Under the pieces are notes generated by a model, which saw only the letters and a program-made list of their open reading frames with translations, was not told where the DNA came from and searched no databases. Below are positions 1 through 10,030 of a DNA stretch of 64,000 nucleotides, one piece after another. Location: positions 77-64,076 of the forward strand of contig JAHHUE010000002.1 in assembly GCA_020024155.1 (NCBI GenBank), in the 5' to 3' direction. The translations under genes were made by a program, and so were the position numbers. Positions within the stretch are counted from its first letter, which is position 1. Every line of letters begins with the position of its first letter. The DNA comes from Oscillospiraceae bacterium (GTDB lineage: Bacteria > Bacillota > Clostridia > Oscillospirales > Ruminococcaceae).

Positions 1-13
1 AATTATTTACAGA

Positions 14-44
14 AAAAGCAACTAACATTTAGTTAGCTGCTTTT
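14..44 (-). terminator. Intrinsic terminator ending the tRNA-Trp/tRNA-Asp unit
   Basis: Inverted repeat AAAAGCAACTAAC / GTTAGCTGCTTTT (one wobble pair) followed by a T-run on the minus strand. Confidence 0.6.
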
Positions 45-52
45 GTAAAATA

Positions 53-129
53 TGGCGACCCGAATGGGGCTCGAACCCACGACCTCTAGCGTGACAGGCT
101 AGCGTTCTAACCAACTGAACTACCGGGCC
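53..129 (-). tRNA. tRNA-Asp (anticodon GTC)
   Basis: Reverse complement reads GGCCCGGTAGTTCAGTTGGTTAGAACGCTAGCCTGTCACGCTAGAGGTCGTGGGTTCGAGCCCCATTCGGGTCGCCA. 77 nt cloverleaf with a CTGTCAC anticodon loop and encoded CCA. Confidence 0.95.
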
Positions 130-160
130 ATATTAAATTAAACAACTGTGCAAGAAAGGT

Positions 161-236
<76 letters not shown>

Positions 237-253
237 TCACAAGTTGCTAGATT

Positions 254-282
254 ATTATATTATAATAACACCATATTGTCAA
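254..282 (-). promoter_or_regulatory. Consensus sigma-A promoter for the tRNA-Trp/Asp unit
   Basis: Minus strand reads TTGACA, 17 bp, TATAAT, ending about 18 nt upstream of the tRNA-Trp 5' end. Confidence 0.7.
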
Positions 283-360
283 TAGATTTTTGAAAAAAAT
301 TTTTATTAAATTTTTATTTTTATAGGTACAATTATTGCATATTTATAATTATGTTTTATA

Positions 361-705
361 TTATATTTTTTTATTTCTTTTTATTAAAACCGAAATAAAC
401 ATAGAAACCATACTTATAATAAAATATATCAGTGCATACATAAGAAAAGCTGATATACTTTTATCTAAAAACATATATGTTCCAACCAAAAATAAAAACG
501 AAGATACAACTGGCAGTACCCACATTCTTTTTACATCATTTGATGAAACAACTCCGATTGCAATATAATATATAGGATTTATAATCAAAAACATCAGCAT
601 CATTGCCATCATTCCTGCCTTAGATGGTACAAAAGTTACTGCTATAAGTGGAAGTAATAACATTACTATTGCAGATAGTGCTATCCATTTTAAAATCTTG
701 TTCAC
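361..705 (-). CDS. Small hypothetical integral membrane protein (114 aa)
   Basis: ORF made almost entirely of hydrophobic helices, in a coding-dense context; I recognise no family. Confidence 0.45.
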   Translation of the reverse strand: MNKILKWIALSAIVMLLLPLIAVTFVPSKAGMMAMMLMFLIINPIYYIAIGVVSSNDVKRMWVLPVVSSFLFLVGTYMFLDKSISAFLMYALIYFIISMVSMFISVLIKRNKKI

Positions 706-758
706 AATATTCCCCTCAACCCATATAATTTTTTATAGTATATCAAATAAAATAAAAT

Positions 759-789
759 AAAGCAATGCCTATAAAATTAGCATTGCTTT
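759..789 (-). terminator. Intrinsic terminator after the NSS transporter gene
   Basis: AAAGCAATGC / GCATTGCTTT stem with T-rich flanks on both strands. Confidence 0.6.
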
Positions 790-794
790 TATTA

Positions 795-2138
795 TTAAAA
801 TACACTTGTTACAGACATAACCATAACTATAAATATTAGAATAGGTGCAATAAATTTTATTGTAAATGAAAAATATTTTTTTCCTACAAATTTGAATTTT
901 CCACCTTGTTCCATTTCGTCTATAACTTCTTTTGGTTTAACAACCCATCCAATAAGAAATGCTGTTGCCAATGCACCAAAGGTCATAAGAACATATTCGC
1001 CAATAAAGTCATACAAATCAAGGAATCCCATTCCCATAACTTTTACATCTCCAAGTACACCAAATCCAAGTGCAACCGGTATACCCAAAACTGTAATTAT
1101 TGCAGCAATTATGGGAATAATAACTTTTCTTTTAAGTTTAAAATGTTCCATAAAGAAACTGCTTGCAATTTCCAAAAGTGCAATTGAGCTTGATAGTGAT
1201 GCAAATAATACAAGAGCAAAAAACACAAATCCAAATAAATTGCCCATATGCATTTGATTAAAAATAGCAGGTAATGTTATAAACATAAGACTTGGTCCTT
1301 GTGTTGGTTCAAGTCCCAATGCAAATACTGCCGGAAAAATTGCAATACCTGCAAGAATTGCAGCAAGCGTATCAAGAAGCGGAACTATAATTGAACTGCT
1401 TTGAATATTATCGTCATTTGATAAGTATGAACCATAAGTAATCATTGCACCAGCTCCCAATGACAAAGAGAAGAACATTTGTGATAATGCCATTCCCATT
1501 GTTGATGGTGTAAGTTTTGAAAAATCCGGTTTGAATAAGAATTCAAGACCTTTTTCTGCTCCCGGCAATGTTACAGAACGGATAATAACTATAACTAAAA
1601 AGAAGAATAAAACAGGCATCATAATTTTTGATGACTTTTCGATTCCGTTTTCAATACCACCTATTACTATAATCACGGTCAAAACCATAAATATAATCAA
1701 GAATATAAGAGCCACTGCTTCATTTGACACAAAACTGTTGAAATATTCTTCAGGTGCTGAAATAGCATTTGCAGAACTGAATATTGATGTTGCATATTTA
1801 ACTGTATAATTTACAACCCAACCACCTAAAACACTATAAAAACCAAGAATCAAAAACACTGCAATTGTACCGGTTATACCAACAAAAGCAAATTTTTTGT
1901 TAAGTTTTTTATAAGCATATATTTGGTTAGATTTTGCTTTTCTGCCAATAGCAAATTCACAAATCATAAGTGGAAAGCCAACGAGTGCAACAAATATAAG
2001 ATAAACAAGAATAAATGCAAATCCACCACTCATACCTGCTTTATAAGGAAATCCCCAAAGATTTCCAAGTCCGATAGCTGAACCAATCGACGCCATTATA
2101 AAACCAAATTTACTTGTAAATTGTCCTCTCTTTTCCAT
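795..2138 (-). CDS. Sodium-dependent transporter, neurotransmitter:sodium symporter (NSS/SNF) family
   Basis: N-terminal signature GFIMASIGSAIGLGNLWGFPY and a roughly 12-TM 447-aa architecture. Confidence 0.9.
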   Translation of the reverse strand: MEKRGQFTSKFGFIMASIGSAIGLGNLWGFPYKAGMSGGFAFILVYLIFVALVGFPLMICEFAIGRKAKSNQIYAYKKLNKKFAFVGITGTIAVFLILGFYSVLGGWVVNYTVKYATSIFSSANAISAPEEYFNSFVSNEAVALIFLIIFMVLTVIIVIGGIENGIEKSSKIMMPVLFFFLVIVIIRSVTLPGAEKGLEFLFKPDFSKLTPSTMGMALSQMFFSLSLGAGAMITYGSYLSNDDNIQSSSIIVPLLDTLAAILAGIAIFPAVFALGLEPTQGPSLMFITLPAIFNQMHMGNLFGFVFFALVLFASLSSSIALLEIASSFFMEHFKLKRKVIIPIIAAIITVLGIPVALGFGVLGDVKVMGMGFLDLYDFIGEYVLMTFGALATAFLIGWVVKPKEVIDEMEQGGKFKFVGKKYFSFTIKFIAPILIFIVMVMSVTSVF

Positions 2139-2257
2139 ATTCTCCCTCCTACGAATTATGAATAAGATAATCCTTATTCACTAACCAATATTTATCTAAT
2201 ATGCTATATAAAATACCATATTTTTAGTGCTTTTTCAACAATTTTTTTAAAATAAAA

Positions 2258-2284
2258 ACACCAAAAAAATAATTTTTTTGGTGT
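2258..2284 (-). terminator. Putative (A/U-rich) terminator after pepV
   Basis: ACACCAAAAAAA / TTTTTTTGGTGT hairpin followed by a T-run on the minus strand. Confidence 0.45.
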
Positions 2285-2299
2285 CTTTTTATTTAATGA

Positions 2300-3706
2300 T
2301 TAAAATTCAATTTCCATAAGTTTTGCTGTTGCCATTATAAGAATTTCCAAGGCTTTCATAAAACCATCAATGGAATATCCTTCTTCTGCGCCATGAACAG
2401 GACCAATAAAGTCCGGGAAGAAATCTGTTTCATTTAAGCAAGGTTCAATACCAAAAGCTGCTGCTGATGGGAATTGTCTTGCATAAGTGCCACCACCGAT
2501 TGTATATGGCTGTTCGTTTTTACCAGTTGCATCATTATAAGCTTTAAGCAAAGCTTGAATTGGTGCAGAATCTTTATCAACATAGAATGGTGCAACTGAT
2601 TCAAAGTTTTCAACTGTACCATTAACCTTAGCAAGTTTTTCAATAAGTTGTTTTTGAATAGTTTCTCCAGATGTAGATGTTGGATATCTAACATTGATAT
2701 TTTGAACAAATTTGCTATCGCTTATTTTCATCATACCACCAATACAGGTAAGAGGTTCAAAAATACCATCATCGGAATCTATTCCAAGGCCTTCGCCATA
2801 ATTTGTTGCATTAAGTTCTTTAAGCATTTCAAAATATGATTTTTCTTCTTCTGCAAGCAAATTGTTGTCAATGCAATAATTTACAAGCATACCTATTGCA
2901 TTTTTTGTTCCTTCTGGCATTGCTGCGTGTCCACCAATACCAAATGATTTAAGCGTTGCAATATCACCTTCAACTGTAATTTCTATACCATCTGCTGCCG
3001 GCAATTCTTTTCCGGTATATTTAACAGAAATTGTTGCACGGTCTGGAATAACATTTGATGCAACACCTGCTGTAAAATCAACAACATTTCCGTTTTTGAT
3101 TTCTGGGCTTACAAGATTGCATGAAGCCTGTCCTTTTTCACCACAACAAACTGGGAAATTAGCATCTGGAGTAAATGCAAATACTGGTGCTGGATAGTTT
3201 TTAAGATAATACTGCAAATCCCTCATACCTGTTTCTTCTTCACAGCCAAACAAAGCTCTAAGTGTGTATGGGAGTTCAGGATAATTATCTTTAAAGAATT
3301 TAAGCATATACATTGTGAGAACTGCTGGGCCTTTATCATCACATACGCCACGACCGATAAGCCAACCTTCAACTTCTCTTACAATAAATGGGTCTGCTTT
3401 CCAACCATTTCCTGCTGGAACAACATCAAGGTGAGCAATTGTTGCAATATATTTATCGCTTTTACCCTTAACCTGAGCCCAACCCATATAACCTTCACAG
3501 TCATAAGTTTCAAGTCCAAGTTTTTCAGACATATCAAATGCCATATCAAGAGCTTCTCTGCTTCCTGCACCAAACGGAGCTTTTTCCCCTGCCGGTTCAG
3601 CAAGCAAACTTTTTACAGAGCAAAGCTTTTTAATATCTTCAACGATATTTCTTTCATTATCTTTTACAAATTTCAACACTTGTGATTTAAGGTTTTGTTC
3701 TGTCAT
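2300..3706 (-). CDS. pepV: Dipeptidase PepV (M20 metallopeptidase family)
   Basis: 468 aa. Contains IAHLDVVPAG, GRGVCDDKGP and EEETG motifs typical of M20/PepV. Confidence 0.85.
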   Translation of the reverse strand: MTEQNLKSQVLKFVKDNERNIVEDIKKLCSVKSLLAEPAGEKAPFGAGSREALDMAFDMSEKLGLETYDCEGYMGWAQVKGKSDKYIATIAHLDVVPAGNGWKADPFIVREVEGWLIGRGVCDDKGPAVLTMYMLKFFKDNYPELPYTLRALFGCEEETGMRDLQYYLKNYPAPVFAFTPDANFPVCCGEKGQASCNLVSPEIKNGNVVDFTAGVASNVIPDRATISVKYTGKELPAADGIEITVEGDIATLKSFGIGGHAAMPEGTKNAIGMLVNYCIDNNLLAEEEKSYFEMLKELNATNYGEGLGIDSDDGIFEPLTCIGGMMKISDSKFVQNINVRYPTSTSGETIQKQLIEKLAKVNGTVENFESVAPFYVDKDSAPIQALLKAYNDATGKNEQPYTIGGGTYARQFPSAAAFGIEPCLNETDFFPDFIGPVHGAEEGYSIDGFMKALEILIMATAKLMEIEF

Positions 3707-3856
3707 AATATTTCTCCTTAAAATAATTTATTTGTACTTTAAACGCTATTTATTATTATATACAAATCAAAGCACAATTACAACACAAAACATTTGTAAT
3801 ATAAGTTATGTTATGTTATCATACTAATACTAAAATAAATTATACAAGGAGATTAT

Positions 3857-4210
3857 ATGAAAAAATTTTTCAACATAAACACAATACTTATTCTTGCAGT
3901 TCTTTTATGTGGTATTGTCGGCTTATGGTATGTAAATGCAAATAAAAGTTCAGGTTCAAAAGCCATTGTAGATATAAGATATGGTGGTAAAACAGAAAGA
4001 ATTGAAATAGACCTTTCTGTTGATGATACTTATCATATTGAAGCAGCATATCCTGTAACTCTTGTTGTTAAAGATGGTAAAATCTCATTCCAAGACAGTA
4101 AATGTCCTGACCATCTTTGTGAAGGTTTTGGCTGGTTAAGCTATGATAGCGATTTTGCTTCTTGTTTACCTGCCGGAGTTGTTGTTTCAATTGATGCCCC
4201 TGGTCAATAA
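3857..4210 (+). CDS. NusG domain II-containing membrane-anchored protein
   Basis: N-terminal TM helix plus the CPDHLCEGFGW...CLPAGVVV motif characteristic of NusG_II-domain proteins. Confidence 0.7.
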   Translation: MKKFFNINTILILAVLLCGIVGLWYVNANKSSGSKAIVDIRYGGKTERIEIDLSVDDTYHIEAAYPVTLVVKDGKISFQDSKCPDHLCEGFGWLSYDSDFASCLPAGVVVSIDAPGQ

Positions 4211-4237
4211 TATATTTATAAAACGGAGGTAATCATT

Positions 4238-5146
4238 ATGAAAAATCTAAAAATATCAGTTATCCTTTTGCTTATTTTAATATTGTTTTCAACTCTGGTT
4301 GTTGCTAATGTTAAAAATATTGAAAATCAAATAGATAGTAATTCAACTAGTAGTATGTCACAAATAAGCAGCGAAACAGATATTTTATTAGATAATGTGA
4401 TTACCTCAGACAGTAATTATATAGAAAATAACATCAAAGCATCTTTGCCTGTTATTGATATACCAAGCGACAATCTTAGTTGTGAAAAAATAACATGGGG
4501 GCCAGGTTCAAATTTCAATGAAAATAATCAGCCTTCTGCCTGTGTTTCACTTCAAGAAAAATACGGCAATTTAGGTGCTGTATTTTTAAATAATGATAAA
4601 AAGATATATTTGACATTTGACCTTGGATATGAATCCGGCTTTACAAACGATATTCTTGACGCTTTAAAAGAAAATAATGTAAAAGCAACTTTCTTTCTAA
4701 CAGGTAGCTATGCAAGTAAGCAGGATGAAATTGTACAAAGAATATTAAACGAAGGTCATACAATTGGCAATCACAGTTTTTCTCATCTTGATATGACATC
4801 AATCTCTGATGCAGACTGTAAAGATGAGATTATGAAAGTTCATAATATAATAAAGGATAAATTTGGCTATGAATGTCATCTTTTCCGTTTTCCTACCGGA
4901 GCTTTCAGCGAAAAAACTCTTGCTATTGCAGCAGACTGTGGTTATCACAGTATTTTTTGGTCTTTTGCATATAATGACTGGGATAACGCAAATCAACCAG
5001 ATGTTGAAACTGCACTTACAAGACTAAAAGACAGACTTCATTCCGGTGCTATATATTTATTGCACCCAATGGAAACAAATAGTAAAATTTTATCTGATTT
5101 TATAAAAACTGCACAAAATGATGGTTATGAAATTGGAGTATTCTAA
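4238..5146 (+). CDS. pdaA: Polysaccharide deacetylase, PdaA-like (delta-lactam-biosynthetic de-N-acetylase)
   Basis: IYLTFDLGYE...GNHSFSH...GAIYLLHP is collinear with B. subtilis PdaA; signal/anchor at the N-terminus. Confidence 0.75.
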   Translation: MKNLKISVILLLILILFSTLVVANVKNIENQIDSNSTSSMSQISSETDILLDNVITSDSNYIENNIKASLPVIDIPSDNLSCEKITWGPGSNFNENNQPSACVSLQEKYGNLGAVFLNNDKKIYLTFDLGYESGFTNDILDALKENNVKATFFLTGSYASKQDEIVQRILNEGHTIGNHSFSHLDMTSISDADCKDEIMKVHNIIKDKFGYECHLFRFPTGAFSEKTLAIAADCGYHSIFWSFAYNDWDNANQPDVETALTRLKDRLHSGAIYLLHPMETNSKILSDFIKTAQNDGYEIGVF

Positions 5147-5159
5147 TATTTAATTTACT

Positions 5160-5193
5160 GGTATCAGATATATTTATCTGATACCTTTTTATT
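5160..5193 (+). terminator. Intrinsic terminator after the pdaA-like gene
   Basis: GGTATCAGATA / TATCTGATACC perfect stem followed by TTTTTATTT. Confidence 0.8.
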
Positions 5194-5342
5194 TAAAAAT
5201 AAAAAATCGTATTATGTATACAATAATTTTACAACTTTTTATAGATTTTTATTGTTGTTCTATCTTTTATTTGATATAATTTTATAAAAGATACAATGTA
5301 TATTATACAATTTATATCATAAAATCATATAGGAGGAATCTT

Positions 5343-6284
5343 ATGAAAAAAATAATATTATCCATATTTCTTTCAATGGCATTATTGCTTACTGCTTGTC
5401 ATGTGGAAATAAATGTATCCCCAAAAGAAAACAGTTCATCAAATCAAAATGCAACCACTAGTTCTAATGAAGAGCCAGCCAAAAACCCTGATACAACTTC
5501 TGACTCTAACAGCTCTAACTCAGGTAACTTAGATGCTCCGACATCTCCGGAAATAACAGGAAATAATACTGCACAAGCTCTTGCAGATTTCAATTCTATT
5601 GAAATTGATGTTCTTGCAGCAGATATTCAAATTGTTAATGGTAGCGAATTGTCAGTTTCATACAATTTTTCTGACAAAGAACCTATTAAAAAAATGAATG
5701 TCATAGACGGTATTTTATATATTGAAACTTCTTTTAATCCTATGGAAATATTTGATAGAAGCAATAACTGGTTTGTTACTATTACTATTCCTGAAGGAAC
5801 AACTCTTCTTGATGTTGATTTGGAAACAATATCCGGTAACATTGATGTAAGTGGTATTTCATGTAATTCTTGTTCTGTAAGTTCAAAAGCTGGAACAATA
5901 AATGTTAACAACTTAACTTCAACTGAATTAGATGCTGAATCAATAAGTGGAGATATAAGAGTAGTTGATACATCTTCATCAAAGGCAGATTTTGAAACCA
6001 TATCCAGTAATTTAGATATTTCAGGTACTTTTGGTGAACTTGAAACATCTTCTGTTTCAGGAAACACAAACATTGTTGGCTCAATTTCTATGCCTAGTAA
6101 ACTGGAAAGCACTTCTGGAAATATCTCCCTTTCTGTTAATCAACCTATTTCTCTTATGGCACAAAGTACAGGTTCAATAACTATGAATGGCAAAAAATCT
6201 TCTTCTCCTCTAAGAACAGTTGATGGCATTCCAGTAGAAATCCAATCTATCTCTGGTAAAATAGCTGTACAATCAACAAATTAA
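5343..6284 (+). CDS. DUF4097-type beta-repeat lipoprotein
   Basis: Lipobox LLTAC, an S/N-rich linker, and repeated SG(N/D)I..... beta-strand units typical of DUF4097 putative adhesins. Confidence 0.7.
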   Translation: MKKIILSIFLSMALLLTACHVEINVSPKENSSSNQNATTSSNEEPAKNPDTTSDSNSSNSGNLDAPTSPEITGNNTAQALADFNSIEIDVLAADIQIVNGSELSVSYNFSDKEPIKKMNVIDGILYIETSFNPMEIFDRSNNWFVTITIPEGTTLLDVDLETISGNIDVSGISCNSCSVSSKAGTINVNNLTSTELDAESISGDIRVVDTSSSKADFETISSNLDISGTFGELETSSVSGNTNIVGSISMPSKLESTSGNISLSVNQPISLMAQSTGSITMNGKKSSSPLRTVDGIPVEIQSISGKIAVQSTN

Positions 6285-6295
6285 GGCTTACAAAC

Positions 6296-6334
6296 AAAAA
6301 GCAAGGGAATCAGTATTTCCTTGCTTTTTATTTT
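6296..6334. terminator. Bidirectional terminator between the DUF4097 and SDR genes
   Basis: AAAAAGCAAGG / CCTTGCTTTTT stem with T-runs on both strands. Confidence 0.7.
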
Positions 6335-6358
6335 GCTTAATATTTCAATATTATCTTG

Positions 6359-7075
6359 TTATAGAGCAAAACCACCGTCAACTGTAATAATTTGCCCTGT
6401 CACAAAGCTTGCTTTTTCACTAAGAATAAAATCTACCATATTGGCAATATCTTCTGTTGTTCCAATTCTTCCAAGTGGAGTTTCCTGTTCAAGATTTTTC
6501 ATATCTTCTTCTGAAAAGCAGTTAAGCATATCTGTTTTAATTACCCCCGGACAAATTGCATTAACTCTTATTCCACTTGGTGCAAGTTCTTGAGCCAAAG
6601 CCTTTGTAAAAGCATTTATACCACCTTTACTTGCAGAATACACAGCCTCACAGCTTGCACCGTTATTTCCCCAAACAGAAGAGATATTCACAATATTTCC
6701 TGAGTGCTGCTTAACCATTATATCTGCACTTTTTTGAGAAATGTATATTGTTCCGTTAAGATTTACAGACAATAAATTTATTATTTGTTCTTCTGTCATA
6801 TCCTGCAAAAGTCCAACATAAGAAATACCTGCACAGTTTACAGTTGCATCAAGTCTTCCATAATTTTCAACAATATGGTCAAATAGCTCTTTTACATTTG
6901 TATAATCTGAAACATTACACTTTACAAAATCTATTCCATACTGTTGACTGAGATATGTTATATCTTTGGCAGAATTATTATATGTGCCAATTACTGTATA
7001 TCCACTTTGACTAAGTGTAATGGCAATCTGTTTGCCAATTCCTCGGCTTGCACCGGTTACAAGTACAATCTTCAT
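6359..7075 (-). CDS. SDR-family oxidoreductase (FabG-like)
   Basis: MKIVLVTGASRGIGK Rossmann motif and YSASK catalytic motif. Start moved to the ATG at 7075, preceded by GAAGAGG; the longer ORF would start inside the proS terminator. Confidence 0.85.
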   Translation of the reverse strand: MKIVLVTGASRGIGKQIAITLSQSGYTVIGTYNNSAKDITYLSQQYGIDFVKCNVSDYTNVKELFDHIVENYGRLDATVNCAGISYVGLLQDMTEEQIINLLSVNLNGTIYISQKSADIMVKQHSGNIVNISSVWGNNGASCEAVYSASKGGINAFTKALAQELAPSGIRVNAICPGVIKTDMLNCFSEEDMKNLEQETPLGRIGTTEDIANMVDFILSEKASFVTGQIITVDGGFAL

Positions 7076-7092
7076 AAAAACCTCTTCAAACA

Positions 7093-7124
7093 AAAGGCAA
7101 GGAAACAAAATTCTCCTTGCCTTT
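7093..7124 (-). terminator. Intrinsic terminator after proS
   Basis: AAAGGCAAGGA / TCCTTGCCTTT perfect 11-bp stem. Confidence 0.7.
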
Positions 7125-7145
7125 ACTTTTGTTATTTATAAAAAA

Positions 7146-8585
7146 TTAGTAAGCTTTACCCCAAACAACAACTGTGTCTGTTTCTTTGCCACATACCGGA
7201 CAAACACCTTTTTTAACACCTTGTTCACCAAATGGCATACATCTTGAAGAAAGGCCTGCCTGGTCTTTCATTGCCTGTTCACATTCTGCACTGCCACACC
7301 AATGTGATTTAATAAAGCCGTCATTTTTGTCAGCTTGAGCAATGATTTCTTCCATTTTTTCAAGTTCAACAGTTCTTGTTACAAGATTTTCTTTTGCTCT
7401 GTTGTACAAATCTTGTTCAAGATTTTTATAGAGTTTTGCAAGTTCTTCTTCAAGGTTATCAAGACTTACAAAGAGTTTTTCTCTTGTATCACGACGAACA
7501 AGAACACACTGATTTTTCTCTATATCTTTTGGACCAATTTCAAGACGAACTGGAACACCTTTCATTTCATATTCGCTGAATTTCCAACCTGGTGAGTTTT
7601 CAGAATCATCAAGTTTAACTCTGTAAAGTTTTTCAAGTTGTGCTTTAAGTTCGTTTGCTTTTTCAAGAACACCTTCTTTGTGCTGAGCAACAGGAATAAT
7701 AACAAGCTGATATGGAGCAACTGCTGGTGGCAAAACAAGACCTTCATCGTCGCCATGGCACATTATAAGAGCACCGATAACTCTTGTTGACATACCCCAA
7801 GAAGTTTGATATGGATATGAAATACCATTATTTCTATCTGCAAATGTGATGTCAAATGCTCTTGTAAAGCCGTCACCAAAGTAATGGCTTGTACCACTCT
7901 GCAAAGCTTTACCGTCGTGCATCATAGCTTCAACTGTATATGTAGCTTCTGCACCTGCAAATTTTTCGCTGTCTGTTTTCTGACCTCTGATAACAGGTAC
8001 CATAAGTTCAGTTTCAAGGAAATCTGCGTATGTTTCAAGCTGTTGAAGTGTTTCTGCTTTTGCTTCTTCTGCTGTTTCGTGAAGTGTATGACCTTCATTC
8101 CACCAAAATTCACGACCACGAAGGAATGGTCTTGTTGTTTTTTCCCATCTTACAACACTGCACCATTGATTATAAAGGAATGGCAACTGACGATAGCTTT
8201 GGAGAATATTTTTCCAGTGGTCACAGAATAAAACTTCACTTGTTGGACGCACACACATACGCTCTTCAAGTTTTTCTTTACCACCAAAGTCAATCCATGC
8301 TACTTCCGGAGCAAAGCCTTCAACATGGTCTTTTTCTTTTTGTAAAAGACTTTCTGGAATAAGCAAAGGAAGTGCCATATTCACATGACCTGTTGCTTTA
8401 AAGCGTCTATCAAGACATTTCTGAATGTTTTCCCATATAGCATAGCCATAAGGACGCACAAACATAAAACCTTTAACAGTTGAATAATCAACAAGTTCTG
8501 CTTTAAGACAAATATCTGTAAACCATTGTGCAAAATCTTCATCACGACTTGTGATGCTTTTTACTAATTTTTTATCGTTCGCCAT
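7146..8585 (-). CDS. proS: Proline--tRNA ligase (archaeal/eukaryote-like short type with C-terminal zinc-binding domain)
   Basis: 479 aa with class II aaRS motifs. No bacterial INS editing insertion; C-terminal CGSAECE...CPVCG. Confidence 0.95.
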   Translation of the reverse strand: MANDKKLVKSITSRDEDFAQWFTDICLKAELVDYSTVKGFMFVRPYGYAIWENIQKCLDRRFKATGHVNMALPLLIPESLLQKEKDHVEGFAPEVAWIDFGGKEKLEERMCVRPTSEVLFCDHWKNILQSYRQLPFLYNQWCSVVRWEKTTRPFLRGREFWWNEGHTLHETAEEAKAETLQQLETYADFLETELMVPVIRGQKTDSEKFAGAEATYTVEAMMHDGKALQSGTSHYFGDGFTRAFDITFADRNNGISYPYQTSWGMSTRVIGALIMCHGDDEGLVLPPAVAPYQLVIIPVAQHKEGVLEKANELKAQLEKLYRVKLDDSENSPGWKFSEYEMKGVPVRLEIGPKDIEKNQCVLVRRDTREKLFVSLDNLEEELAKLYKNLEQDLYNRAKENLVTRTVELEKMEEIIAQADKNDGFIKSHWCGSAECEQAMKDQAGLSSRCMPFGEQGVKKGVCPVCGKETDTVVVWGKAY

Positions 8586-8602
8586 TATAAATCCTCTCTT
8601 AA

Positions 8603-8639
8603 CAAAAAAACTTGCCCCTTAAATTTATATAAGGGGCAA
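8603..8639 (-). terminator. Strong intrinsic terminator between the ACP gene and proS
   Basis: TTGCCCCTT / AAGGGGCAA stem followed on the minus strand by GTTTTTTTG. It ends about 18 nt before the proS ATG. Confidence 0.8.
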
Positions 8640-8645
8640 AATATA

Positions 8646-8873
8646 TTACATATTATCTTCTATAAATTTTACAACATCGCCCACTGTTTTCAAGTCTTCG
8701 ATAGCATTTTCGGGAACTTCTATATTAAATTCATCTTCAATAGACATAACAATATCAACAAGGTCTATGCTGTCTGCATCAAAATCATCCATAAGGTTTG
8801 AATCCATTGTAACTATTTCTTCACTAAGTTCCAATTGTTCACAAATAATTTTTCTCAATTTTTCAAAAACCAT
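8646..8873 (-). CDS. acpP: Acyl carrier protein
   Basis: 75 aa with the DADSIDLVDIVM phosphopantetheine-attachment motif. Start set at the ATG at 8873, preceded by AAGGAG. Confidence 0.85.
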   Translation of the reverse strand: MVFEKLRKIICEQLELSEEIVTMDSNLMDDFDADSIDLVDIVMSIEDEFNIEVPENAIEDLKTVGDVVKFIEDNM

Positions 8874-8977
8874 AGTTATTCTCCTTAACATAATATTTTT
8901 ATTTTAAGTGGATACTCCACTATTTTACCTATTTATCTATTCATTTATAACTTTTTTTATACAAATTGTCAAGCCAT

Positions 8978-9979
8978 TTAACGATAATCTATATTGAGAT
9001 TTGCTATTCCGTTAAGTGATGTATCTCCAATATTACCCGATAAATACTCATAATATCCTTGTGCTGCAATCATAGCCCCATTGTCACCACAAAGTTCTAT
9101 ATCTGGGCAAACAAACTTCTTACCTTTTGCTTTTTCTTGTATAAGCTCTCTCAATCTTCTGTTTGCTGCAACGCCACCTGCAATTGCAATTGTATCATAT
9201 CCAAATTCATTTGATGCGTTTACAAGATTATCGCTGAGTATTTGTGATATTTTTTCTTCAAAACTTGCTGCAAGGCTGTTTATATCTGTTTCTTCTCCTT
9301 TCATATTGTTTGTATTAAAAATATTTATAACCGCTGTTTTTAAACCAGAAAAACTTACATCATATTTATTTTCTGTATGTGGTGTAGGTAATTTGTATTT
9401 TGTTTTATCTCCTGAAAGTGCAGCCTTTGAAACAGCCGGACCCCCTGGATAACCAAGACCTAATGTACGGCTTACTTTATCAAAAGCCTCACCTGCTGCG
9501 TCATCTATTGTTCTGCCAATAACACGAAATTTTGTGTAATCTTCAACTGCAACAATATGACTATGTCCACCAGATGCAACAAGGCAGATAAACGGTGGTT
9601 TAAGGTCTTTATGTGTAAGATATAAAGCTGCAATATGCCCTCTTATATGGTGTGTTGGAACAAGTGGTTTTCCGCTTGCAAAACTAAGTCCCTTTGCAAA
9701 ATTAACACCAACAAGCAACGCACCAATAAGACCCGGTGCAAATGTACAAGCAATTGCGTCTATATCATTTACAGTAAGATTTGCGTCGTCAAAGCATTTC
9801 TGAACCACTTCACTTACAGCATCAATATGTCTTCTCGAAGCAATTTCCGGCACAACACCACCATATAAACCGTGTTCTTCTGCTTGTGAATAAACTATAC
9901 TTGAAAGTATTTCTCTGCCATCTTTAACAATGGAAGCAGCTGTTTCGTCACAGCTGGATTCTATACCTAAAACTAACAT
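8978..9979 (-). CDS. tsaD: tRNA N6-adenosine threonylcarbamoyltransferase TsaD
   Basis: MLVLGIESSCDETAA..., HHIRGHI and GGVAAN motifs. Confidence 0.95.
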   Translation of the reverse strand: MLVLGIESSCDETAASIVKDGREILSSIVYSQAEEHGLYGGVVPEIASRRHIDAVSEVVQKCFDDANLTVNDIDAIACTFAPGLIGALLVGVNFAKGLSFASGKPLVPTHHIRGHIAALYLTHKDLKPPFICLVASGGHSHIVAVEDYTKFRVIGRTIDDAAGEAFDKVSRTLGLGYPGGPAVSKAALSGDKTKYKLPTPHTENKYDVSFSGLKTAVINIFNTNNMKGEETDINSLAASFEEKISQILSDNLVNASNEFGYDTIAIAGGVAANRRLRELIQEKAKGKKFVCPDIELCGDNGAMIAAQGYYEYLSGNIGDTSLNGIANLNIDYR

Positions 9980-10030
9980 ATATATTCCTTCTTAATATTT
10001 TCAATTACATCTAACCGTATAATTATACTA

